Shown: in pieces, positions 32,963 to 40,129 of the stretch
Layout of the letters: each line of letters starts with the position of its first letter
Numbering within the stretch: the first letter of the stretch is position 1
Source of the DNA: a virus
Direction: 5' to 3' (one strand)
Virus record (IMG/VR): IMGVR_UViG_3300006982_000001
Span: 1-64,000 of that record
Length of the DNA: 64,000 nt
The notes under the pieces: generated by a model
Database searches by the model: none
Seen by the model: the letters and a program-made list of their open reading frames with translations, nothing else
What the model was told of the DNA's origin: nothing
Position numbers and translations under genes: made by a program

Positions 32963-34024
32963 ATGTCACAACTCGTCTGCGAAACCTGCGGGGAGGTCCT
33001 CGTCGAGGACCTGAACGAAGGGGACGCACAAGAAGCACAGAACCGACTCGACGTCGAGGATCACACGCACGACGATTCCGACGACGAGGCAGATGAACAG
33101 TCAGACGATCAGTCCGGTGGGCTGGACGACCGGACGGACGTCGAGGAGATGGAAGACGAGCTCGAGGACGACTTCGAGGACAAGGTCGACGAGGTCACGG
33201 ATCAGGAGCAGGTCGACGACACGACCGACGACGTCTCAGAGTACGTCGGAGCTGCCGAAGCGGAGAACGTGGATCTCGAAGTCCTCGTTGGATCCGACAA
33301 CTCAGTTCCCGGTGCCCGCTGGCAGCAGTGCAGCGAGGACGCCGAACCCGTCGCCGCGATCTTCGAGGACAAGCTCCGACAGATGCGCCGCGCCCGAACG
33401 ACGAAGGGCCAGCAGTCCGGTCGCTTCGACTCCTCGCGGATGATCCAAGCGAGCCGTGGTGACCCGCGAGTCTTCGAGCGGCAGGAGGAGGGCGACGAGG
33501 CTGACTACGAGACGTATATCGTCCTCGACCGTTCGTACTCGATGAAGCACTCGGAGATGGCGCCTGCCGAGAACGCGGTCGCTACCCTGATGATCGCGCT
33601 GGAGGAGGCCGGAGTCAGCACCGAGCTGGTGGACTTCTTCGACAACGATGCGCGCGTCATCAACACCAAGACGCAGAACGCTGAAGCCGAGTGTGGGAAC
33701 ATCCTGCAGGGTGGATCCGCTGCCGACGGTGGCACCCCGCTGGGCGAAGTGATGCAGCTCGTCGCAGAGCGCATCGAGGGCGTCGACGGTCAGCCGTTCG
33801 TGATCGTCGTGACGGACGGTCGCCCCGGTTCCCAGAGCACGTATCAGAGCGCGGTCGACGACCTCGAGGATGAGGACGTCCCCGTACTCGGAGTCACGAT
33901 CGGTGACGGTGCATCGATCGACGATGCGACGATGGATCAGATGTACGATCACCACGTTACGGTGACGGACAATACGACGCTGTCGACGAAGCTGGAGGAG
34001 CTCGCTCGGGGCGTAATGTTCTGA
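32963..34024 (+). CDS. von Willebrand factor A (MIDAS) domain protein with acidic N-terminal region
   Basis: YIVLDRSYSM (DxSxS), DGGTPLGEVM, FVIVVTDGRP. Confidence 0.8.
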   Translation: MSQLVCETCGEVLVEDLNEGDAQEAQNRLDVEDHTHDDSDDEADEQSDDQSGGLDDRTDVEEMEDELEDDFEDKVDEVTDQEQVDDTTDDVSEYVGAAEAENVDLEVLVGSDNSVPGARWQQCSEDAEPVAAIFEDKLRQMRRARTTKGQQSGRFDSSRMIQASRGDPRVFERQEEGDEADYETYIVLDRSYSMKHSEMAPAENAVATLMIALEEAGVSTELVDFFDNDARVINTKTQNAEAECGNILQGGSAADGGTPLGEVMQLVAERIEGVDGQPFVIVVTDGRPGSQSTYQSAVDDLEDEDVPVLGVTIGDGASIDDATMDQMYDHHVTVTDNTTLSTKLEELARGVMF

Positions 34025-34047
34025 GCGGGAACGAGGAACGATTCAAA

Positions 34048-34479
34048 ATGAGCAACGACAACGACGGAACTCCGTACCGAGAAGAAGCGCTGTATGTGAC
34101 TGAGGATACGACCGTGGATCAGATCACGGCGTACCTCCGTCACTGCATAGAGAACCCTGTCAGGCAGGGCGAGAACGTAATCTGGAACTTCAGCACACAC
34201 GAGATCGATTGGCCTGCCCTCGACGTCGAGGGGAAGGATCAGTCTCGGTTCATCATCCCGTATCAGGTGACCGGGACGTGGGGCTTCATCTACCAGCTGC
34301 TGCCGGAGGACATCCGGTCGGCGGAGCTTCTGGTCTACCACGCGGACGATCAGAAATACTACGCCTACCGGAACTTCTACCGGACGACGGGCAGCGACAG
34401 GCAGGACCAGATCCGGCAGGATCTCGGTCGTCGTCTCGAGGCGTCTGATGTCGCGGAGGAGCTGGGACTCCAGAGATGA
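34048..34479 (+). CDS. Hypothetical protein
   Basis: GC3-rich ORF. Confidence 0.55.
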   Translation: MSNDNDGTPYREEALYVTEDTTVDQITAYLRHCIENPVRQGENVIWNFSTHEIDWPALDVEGKDQSRFIIPYQVTGTWGFIYQLLPEDIRSAELLVYHADDQKYYAYRNFYRTTGSDRQDQIRQDLGRRLEASDVAEELGLQR

Positions 34480-34709
34480 CTGACGGCTGGCCCCTACCCG
34501 ACGACGTCGTCTGCCCGGAGTGTGGTGAGGAGGAGTACCTGATGGGACACGTCGTGCGAGAGAGGCAGCTACCTGTCGATCCCGTCACTGACGAGACGAA
34601 GACGGAAGTGCTCGAAGCAGACCTTCGGTGTGGCGACGGTGTCCCCCGCGATGGTGAGGTTCCCGGATGCGGGCATACGTGGACGTGGACAGCGGAGGAG
34701 GACGACTGA
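34476..34709 (+). CDS. Zinc-ribbon protein
   Basis: CPECGEE...CGDG...PGCGH. Confidence 0.5.
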   Translation: MTDGWPLPDDVVCPECGEEEYLMGHVVRERQLPVDPVTDETKTEVLEADLRCGDGVPRDGEVPGCGHTWTWTAEEDD

Positions 34710-34963
34710 TGTTCGCGACGATCTCCTACATCGTGGCGTCGGCCTACGGAGCGCAGATCACTCCGTATGCTCTGGTCGGTACGGTGATCGTGGACTTCGC
34801 AACGATGCACGCCTTCTCCGATTGGATGCAGAGCCGGGCGATGGCGAAGATCGATCACGTCCCCGTAGCGATCATCGCTCAGGATCCCGCCGAGCTGTCC
34901 GAGGAGGACGTGGAGAATATGGCCCTCGACGCTGATCAGGTGGAGGAACGATATGGGGAGTGA
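34709..34963 (+). CDS. Small membrane protein
   Basis: MFATISYIVASAYGAQITPYALVGTVIV; TGATG coupling. Confidence 0.5.
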   Translation: MFATISYIVASAYGAQITPYALVGTVIVDFATMHAFSDWMQSRAMAKIDHVPVAIIAQDPAELSEEDVENMALDADQVEERYGE

Positions 34964-35249
34964 CGTCACGGGCACCGGGCTGAATCGGGATCAGCTCGAG
35001 GCGCTCGAAGAGATGGCGATGCTCCTACAAGATGCCGGGTTCGATCTGCAAAAGATGGATCACCTCGATCTGGCGTGCAACGATCTCGAGGTGGCAGCGC
35101 AGGATCTACGCTTCGAGGACTTCGAGACGGCAGCTCAGAACATCGAGTCTGCTGTCGTGGAGCTGGAGAAGATCAACACGCACCTCCTCGGATCCCAGAT
35201 CCAGAGCGCGGGTGCAGAGCTACAGAACTTCATCGAGGGTGAACGATGA
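34953..35249 (+). CDS. Hypothetical acidic protein
   Basis: Helical acidic ORF. Confidence 0.5.
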   Translation: MGSDVTGTGLNRDQLEALEEMAMLLQDAGFDLQKMDHLDLACNDLEVAAQDLRFEDFETAAQNIESAVVELEKINTHLLGSQIQSAGAELQNFIEGER

Positions 35250-35434
35250 CCGATGCTCAATACGACCGACTGAACTGCGCGGAGTGTGGTACTGACGTGG
35301 GCGCGATCCAATCCCCACCGGAAAACGATCTCGGGACTGACGGAGCGGACGTCGTGGTCTCCCAGAACGAGGGAGCCGCGCGAGTCCTCTGCCCGAAACA
35401 CGCCGACGAGAAGATGGGTGATCGAGATGCCTGA
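35246..35434 (+). CDS. Zinc-ribbon protein
   Basis: CAECG...CPKH. Confidence 0.5.
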   Translation: MTDAQYDRLNCAECGTDVGAIQSPPENDLGTDGADVVVSQNEGAARVLCPKHADEKMGDRDA

Positions 35435-35561
35435 GTGTACCGAGTGCGGTGGTCACGTCACACCGGACTTCGTGCGGGTGTTTGGAGTCGGTGGAGAAGT
35501 CCACGGATGCCCGAGCTGCACCTCGTCCACGGATCTCGAGGAGGCGATGAAGGATGGGTGA
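35427..35561 (+). CDS. Small CPxCG-type zinc-finger protein (44 aa)
   Basis: MPECTECGGHVTPDFVRVFGVGGEVHGCPSC, haloarchaeal CPxCG pattern. Confidence 0.55.
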   Translation: MPECTECGGHVTPDFVRVFGVGGEVHGCPSCTSSTDLEEAMKDG

Positions 35562-35778
35562 GGACGACGACTCGATCTCGTTCACGATGGACGTCGAGCA
35601 GTCCCACGACATCCCCGGAGAGATGGCCGACGTCCTCGAGGTGAAGACCGAGGAGTGTCGGGAGTGTGGTGAACAGATGCGAGCCACCTACGACCACGAA
35701 CCGGGCGAGCACTACTGCCCCGCGTGCGGAGTCTACAAGACTCAGAGCGGAGTCGGAACTACGGTGTTCGGACCGTGA
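35554..35778 (+). CDS. Zinc-ribbon protein
   Basis: CRECG...CPACG. Confidence 0.5.
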   Translation: MGEDDDSISFTMDVEQSHDIPGEMADVLEVKTEECRECGEQMRATYDHEPGEHYCPACGVYKTQSGVGTTVFGP

Positions 35779-36077
35779 GCGAGGACTCTGTCTGGACGAT
35801 CGGTGACGTGGATACCTGTCCCCGGTGTGGGTCTGATACGGACGAACTCGAGGAGAACTCTGATGGCTCTGTGAGCTGCCCTGAGTGCGCTGACAGCGTT
35901 CTCGTGGATCGGCGACGAGTCCGTCGGGTCGTGGACTCAATCGAATCTGAGGCGTCCTCACACGGCTCTAACTACGCCGCTGGGATGAGACGTGCTCGGA
36001 TGATCGCCGAGTCGGAGATGCTGGACATCGTGCGCGCGGAGGAGGGTCTGGCCTCGTACTCAGCCACAGAGGAATAA
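35775..36077 (+). CDS. Zinc-ribbon protein (GTG start)
   Basis: CPRCG...CPECA; GTGA overlap. Confidence 0.45.
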   Translation: MSEDSVWTIGDVDTCPRCGSDTDELEENSDGSVSCPECADSVLVDRRRVRRVVDSIESEASSHGSNYAAGMRRARMIAESEMLDIVRAEEGLASYSATEE

Positions 36078-36092
36078 CGATACCTCTGAATC

Positions 36093-36104
36093 AACAGATT
36101 TATA
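36093..36104 (+). promoter_or_regulatory. BRE/TATA promoter core
   Basis: AACAGATTTATA; 43 nt to ATG 36142. Confidence 0.65.
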
Positions 36105-36141
36105 TACATACCCGTTCTACGAGTAGATGGAGATAAGAACT

Positions 36142-37230
36142 ATGGCGAGCAACGAAGCGAACTCCACGACCGAAGCACAGAGCGCAGACAAGCAGGCCGA
36201 CCTCGAGGGCAGCGTCAAAGTCGGCGGCCAGAACATCGAGGCAGTCGCAGACGACTCCGACCGGGAGATCCTCGGATGGGTCGTTCCGTTCACGATCGGT
36301 AACGACTTCATCGTCCCCCGTAGCTGGCTGGAGACGCGCGCGAGCGACCTCGGTCTCAGCCACGCCGTCCTCCCGAGCAAGACCAGCAAGAAGCGCGCGT
36401 TCACTCGCGCCGGTGGCTTCGTCGAGGACCGGAACGTCGCCGGGATCGAGCAGGAGAACGAGAACGTCGAGATCCACCTCGAGAAGGTGAAGTACGAGTA
36501 CGAATACCGCGTCGAGGTTCACGACCGCCGTCAGGAGAACGAGTTCGACGGTGAGATGATCGCGTACATCGGCTACGACAGCGAGACGGAGTCCCTCAAT
36601 TGGAATCCGCGCATCAAGCCGGAGCACGAGATGTGGCAGGCCGCTCAGGACTACATCGGTGCGTTCCGCGACGAGTGGGACCTCCAGCAGAAGTCGAACA
36701 CGGGCCGCGACATCCGGTCGATGATCACCCGGTTCTTCACGACGCGCAGTCAGTCCGTGAAGTTCCGAGCCGGTGGCGGAGTCTACTTTGCCCCGGTGGC
36801 TGCCGAGGAGGTCGTGAAGGCGTTCGACACCCTCGTCTCCGACATCAACTCGGAGCACAAGAAGTCCGGCTTCCCGTGTGAGCTGGACACGATCGAGGTC
36901 GCCGACAGCGACGAGAAGAAGTCGATGGTCGAGGAGAAGGTCCGCCGCGACCTCGAACGTCAGGTCAGCGAACTCATCGAGGACGCGATCGACAACCTCG
37001 CCGACGAGGACACGCTGGTCGACGACCTCATCGGTGACATCGAGAACGAGCTCGACGACGTCGAAGGGTTCGCCGGTCAATACAACGCCCTACTCGACGC
37101 TGAGATGACGGTGCGAGAGTACCTCGAGGACTGGAAGACGACGACCACGGGCGAGGCAGAGGATCTGGTCGAGGAGGTCCTCGACGGGCTGGAGGACGAC
37201 GACTCCGACGACTACGACCGAGTCATCTGA
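36142..37230 (+). CDS. Hypothetical 362-aa protein
   Basis: ATGGAGATAAGAACT leader; RSQSVKFRAGGGVYFAP; acidic tail. Confidence 0.6.
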   Translation: MASNEANSTTEAQSADKQADLEGSVKVGGQNIEAVADDSDREILGWVVPFTIGNDFIVPRSWLETRASDLGLSHAVLPSKTSKKRAFTRAGGFVEDRNVAGIEQENENVEIHLEKVKYEYEYRVEVHDRRQENEFDGEMIAYIGYDSETESLNWNPRIKPEHEMWQAAQDYIGAFRDEWDLQQKSNTGRDIRSMITRFFTTRSQSVKFRAGGGVYFAPVAAEEVVKAFDTLVSDINSEHKKSGFPCELDTIEVADSDEKKSMVEEKVRRDLERQVSELIEDAIDNLADEDTLVDDLIGDIENELDDVEGFAGQYNALLDAEMTVREYLEDWKTTTTGEAEDLVEEVLDGLEDDDSDDYDRVI

Positions 37231-37292
37231 AGCCGGGAGCTCCCCGATGACCCCCTGATCACGGCGAGGGGATCTCCAGAGGTCGCACGCAT

Positions 37293-37366
37293 ACGTGGGT
37301 AGTGTAGTGGTATCACGCCGGACCTTTGCCTGTCCGGCAACGGTGGTTCGAATCCACCCCCGCGTA
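37293..37366 (+). tRNA. Orphan tRNA-like gene, Gln(UUG)-like, with 8-nt anticodon loop CUUUGCCU
   Basis: Acceptor acgtggg/cccgcgt (A1-U72), T-arm ggtgg-ttcgaat-ccacc, anticodon stem ccggac/gtccgg enclosing 8 nt. Confidence 0.6.
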
Positions 37367-37420
37367 CTCCGAGCGCTGCCGAGCGCGATGACACCGAAAT
37401 ACGTGGAGGAAAGACCAACG

Positions 37421-38341
37421 ATGTCAACCACAGAAGACGCGGCAGAAGTCGAGACCGGAGTCGAACAGATCACCGAGGACACGCTAATCCCCATCCGCAT
37501 CGGGAGCGGCCATCGAGGCGGCCTCTGCATCGGGAACGAGGAGCAGTCTCTCACCGCTAACAGCAGCTACACGCGATATCTCGTCTACGCGACGGCGGAG
37601 TCCGTCCTCCGGTGTGAATCGGTCAACAGCACCGACAGAGGCGTCCTCTCGACGCTGATGGACAGCGGACTCGAGTTCGAGACGTACACGGAGGAGGCCG
37701 ACAACCGCTTCGGGCGACCGGCTCTCCAGATTATCGTCGACGAGGGTGCCGAGGCATACGCAGAGCTCCGGGATCAGATCGACGACAACGCCTACCTGCA
37801 CGCGGCCATCAACGAGACGACCGTCTGGGACGCCGCTCAGGAGCTGGACGTCACTCCTGTCCTGCCGATCATCGACGGGGACGGCGAGATCGTGAACACC
37901 ATCGGCGGAGGGTGGGGCGATCCGGATCTGGTGTCCGGGGCGATCGAGCACGAGGGAGACGTCCTCGAGGCAGATCTCCGGGAGATCACTCCGAGTCTGG
38001 AGTTCGTCGTGGAGAATTGGTCGACCCTCAGCGGGTCGCGCTCCGGAATCGTGAACCGTCTTCGTGGGGACGACACGGATCGAGATCAGCTGCTGGCGAT
38101 GGCTCGGGACGACCCGGATGCACAGACCGCGCAGTTCATCGTTAACTCGAGCGACGACGATATCACTGCTCACGGTGTCCGGGAGATCGAGGAGGCTGTC
38201 GTGGCAGACGAGGAGGATCGCTACAAGTCGTTCTGCGGAATGGTGAAGAAGCGGAAGTCGAAGGCGACTGTCCTCGAGCTGGAGATGGACTCCGTCGCTG
38301 ACCGTCTCCTCTGCTCCCTCTGCGCGAAGTCGATGGACTGA
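37421..38341 (+). CDS. Hypothetical 306-aa protein
   Basis: Leader-like GTGGAGGAAAGACCAACG before ATG 37421. Confidence 0.6.
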   Translation: MSTTEDAAEVETGVEQITEDTLIPIRIGSGHRGGLCIGNEEQSLTANSSYTRYLVYATAESVLRCESVNSTDRGVLSTLMDSGLEFETYTEEADNRFGRPALQIIVDEGAEAYAELRDQIDDNAYLHAAINETTVWDAAQELDVTPVLPIIDGDGEIVNTIGGGWGDPDLVSGAIEHEGDVLEADLREITPSLEFVVENWSTLSGSRSGIVNRLRGDDTDRDQLLAMARDDPDAQTAQFIVNSSDDDITAHGVREIEEAVVADEEDRYKSFCGMVKKRKSKATVLELEMDSVADRLLCSLCAKSMD

Positions 38342-38512
38342 CGATGAGATCCGACTCAACGACAATCCGATCGTACTGCAGGATCGCCTGATCAAAGCCT
38401 ACGACGAGGGCACGGTCTTCGTCACTGAGGACGGTCAGGAGATCATCCTCGATGGATCGAACTCCGGGAACTCGACCAGCTCAGGGGTGCCGGACTCGCC
38501 GGGTGGTAACTG

Positions 38513-38776
38513 ATGACGTCCGGTGACGATCACGAGGGTCTGGACCGTCGGAAGTTCCTCGCAGCTGCCGGTGCCACCGGAGCAGTCGCTCTGGCTGGCT
38601 GTGCAGCGGAGGAGGACGGGTCTGACGGGAACGCGACGGATGGGTCGGGTGAGGGCACGAACGCTCTCACGCCGCCCTCAGCGCCGTCTGTCCCGGACGA
38701 CGAGTATTGGGCCTTCGTCGTGGAGTCTCTCGAGTACCAGAACGCGGTTCTGGAGGAGCTGCACGATGGTAGCTAA
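38513..38776 (+). CDS. Tat-signal lipoprotein
   Basis: DRRKFLAAAGATGAVALAGC (twin-Arg + lipobox). Confidence 0.65.
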   Translation: MTSGDDHEGLDRRKFLAAAGATGAVALAGCAAEEDGSDGNATDGSGEGTNALTPPSAPSVPDDEYWAFVVESLEYQNAVLEELHDGS

Positions 38777-38969
38777 ACTCGTCTTCGGTCTGCTGGCCGT
38801 GGCCTTCGTGCTCTCGGTGGCAGTGATCGCCGCGTATCGGTACTTCGACAATCAGGCGGATCGACGTCACGAGAAGGAGATGGTGCGCGAGGAGCACCGT
38901 CACGAGGAGATGTCGGATATCACGACCGACCCGATCGATCGGGAGCTCGAGCGCGAGCGAGAGAAGTAG
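38766..38969 (+). CDS. Small single-TM protein
   Basis: LVFGLLAVAFVLSVAVIAAY then charged tail. Confidence 0.5.
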   Translation: MVAKLVFGLLAVAFVLSVAVIAAYRYFDNQADRRHEKEMVREEHRHEEMSDITTDPIDRELEREREK

Positions 38970-38985
38970 GTCAACTCCGACCATC

Positions 38986-38997
38986 AAGATTTTTATA
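38986..38997 (+). promoter_or_regulatory. TATA promoter of tRNA operon 1
   Basis: AAGATTTTTATA; ~168 nt before first tRNA. Confidence 0.5.
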
Positions 38998-39159
38998 CCC
39001 CCACCTCGTTAGTGGGTAGTAGAACGATGCTGACACGGACACTCACTCGGGGCAGGTTCGGCCCGATAGTTGGGTGTCCAATTAGAGTCCATCCTCAGGG
39101 ATGGCCTCAACACCTCTTTTAGATCCGCTGAAAAGGCGGGTCTGTTCGCTTCACATCGC

Positions 39160-39245
39160 TCCGGCGTAGCATAGTCAGGGGCACATCGCCATAATGCACC
39201 TCCCTCGTAAGGAGGAGAACGGGGGTTCGATTCCCTCCGCCGGAT
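39160..39245 (+). tRNA. tRNA-Thr: tRNA-Thr(CGT) with 21-nt D-loop
   Basis: Acceptor tccggcg/cgccgga; anticodon arm cctcc-ctCGTaa-ggagg; T-arm ggggg-ttcgatt-ccctc; D-stem gcat/atgc encloses 21 nt. Confidence 0.7.
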
Positions 39246-39250
39246 TTCTT

Positions 39251-39324
39251 GGGATCGTAGTGTAGTGGTCTATCACCCCTCGTTTGGGACGAGGAGATCG
39301 CTGGTTCGAATCCAGCCGATCCCA
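39251..39324 (+). tRNA. tRNA-Pro: tRNA-Pro(TGG)
   Basis: gggatcg/cgatccc; cctcg-ttTGGga-cgagg; gctgg-ttcgaat-ccagc. Confidence 0.9.
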
Positions 39325-39328
39325 CTCT

Positions 39329-39401
39329 GCGCGTGGTTGATCCAACGGCAAGACAGGGGCCTTCCAAGCCTCAGATCCCGGTTCGATTCCGGGGCCGCGC
39401 A
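39329..39401 (+). tRNA. tRNA-Gly: tRNA-Gly(TCC)
   Basis: ggggc-ctTCCaa-gcctc; cccgg-ttcgatt-ccggg; acceptor base has mismatches, ends +/-1. Confidence 0.75.
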
Positions 39402-39405
39402 TCGC

Positions 39406-39481
39406 ACTCCCGGAGTCCCCGCTGGCGAGGGACGCTGGACTTTGGATCCAGAGATCGCCGGTTCGATTCCGGCCGGGAGGA
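39406..39481 (+). tRNA. tRNA-Gln: tRNA-Gln(TTG)
   Basis: ctgga-ctTTGga-tccag; gccgg-ttcgatt-ccggc; A1 opposite G72. Confidence 0.8.
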
Positions 39482-39484
39482 TGA

Positions 39485-39559
39485 ACGGGGGTAGCGCAGT
39501 CCGGTCGACGCACTCGGCCGATAACCGAGGTGAGGCAGGTTCGAATCCTGTCCCCCGTA
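39485..39559 (+). tRNA. tRNA-Ile: tRNA-Ile(GAT), C at position 33
   Basis: acggggg/cccccgt; ctcgg-ccGATaa-ccgag; gcagg-ttcgaat-cctgt. Confidence 0.8.
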
Positions 39560-39562
39560 TGA

Positions 39563-39635
39563 TGGTGCGTAGATCAGCTGGTAGATCGTCCCGCTCACAT
39601 CGGGGAGGTCGCAGGTTCGAGTCCTGCCGTACCAA
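39563..39635 (+). tRNA. tRNA-Val: tRNA-Val(CAC)
   Basis: tggtgcg/cgtacca; tcccg-ctCACat-cgggg; gcagg-ttcgagt-cctgc. Confidence 0.9.
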
Positions 39636-39637
39636 TT

Positions 39638-39710
39638 GGGGACGTGGTGTAGCCCGCTATCACACGCGCCTCCAGAGCGCGAGAGAGGGGTTCAAATCCC
39701 TTCGTCCCCA
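39638..39710 (+). tRNA. tRNA-Trp: tRNA-Trp(CCA), intron-less
   Basis: ggggacg/cgtcccc; cgcgc-ctCCAga-gcgcg. Confidence 0.9.
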
Positions 39711-39714
39711 TACG

Positions 39715-39789
39715 GGGCACATAAGCTCAGCTGGACAGAGCACCCGGCTTCTAACCGGGATGTCGGCCGTTCAAATCGGTCTGTGCCCA
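39715..39789 (+). tRNA. tRNA-Arg: tRNA-Arg(TCT)
   Basis: gggcaca/tgtgccc; cccgg-ctTCTaa-ccggg; ggccg-ttcaaat-cggtc. Confidence 0.9.
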
Positions 39790-39795
39790 TCGAGA

Positions 39796-39868
39796 GCCCA
39801 CGTAGCTCAGTGAACAGAGCACCGGTCTTCGAAATTGGGTGTCGCAGGTTTGAATCCTGTCGTGGGCG
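39796..39868 (+). tRNA. tRNA-Arg: tRNA-Arg(TCG)
   Basis: gcccacg/cgtgggc; ccggt-ctTCGaa-attgg; gcagg-tttgaat-cctgt. Confidence 0.85.
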
Positions 39869-39871
39869 TAG

Positions 39872-39944
39872 GTCGAGGTGGCAGAGTGGTGAACGCACCC
39901 GCCTGCAGAGCGGGAAAACGTCGGTTCGATTCCGACCCTCGACT
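39872..39944 (+). tRNA. tRNA-Cys: tRNA-Cys(GCA)
   Basis: gtcgagg/cctcgac; cccgc-ctGCAga-gcggg; gtcgg-ttcgatt-ccgac. Confidence 0.9.
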
Positions 39945-39948
39945 CTCT

Positions 39949-40022
39949 GGGACGGTAGCTCAGCTCGGGAGAGCGCGGCGCTGAAGACGTCGTCTGCCTC
40001 GGTTCAAATCCGAGCCGTCCCA
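39949..40022 (+). tRNA. tRNA-Phe: tRNA-Phe(GAA)
   Basis: gggacgg/ccgtccc; cggcg-ctGAAga-cgtcg; ctcgg-ttcaaat-ccgag. Confidence 0.9.
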
Positions 40023-40024
40023 CT

Positions 40025-40099
40025 GCCGGGATGGTCTAATACAGAAAGATTGGAGGCTTGTGATGCCTCAGACGCGGGTGCTAAGTCCCGCTCCCGGCC
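40025..40099 (+). tRNA. tRNA-His: tRNA-His(GTG) with non-canonical D and T loops
   Basis: gccggga/tcccggc; gaggc-ttGTGat-gcctc; D-loop aatacagaa (no GG); T-loop tgctaagt (8 nt, no TTC); AT-rich. Confidence 0.7.
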
Positions 40100-40129
40100 C
40101 TTATCTATCTGGAGATCGTAGAGCGGACG

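Noticed and set aside
39001-39159. A possible extra tRNA or small ORF in the leader of tRNA operon 1.
   Set aside because: Only simple hairpins (ccatcc-tcag-ggatgg; ccgc-tgaaaag-gcgg) are present, with no T-loop or cloverleaf. The 14-codon ORF is unconvincing.
39175-40121. ORFs of both strands across 39.1-40.1 kb (for example 39265..39813 and 39636..40121).
   Set aside because: The interval is fully explained by twelve tRNA genes; the ORFs simply read through tRNA sequence.
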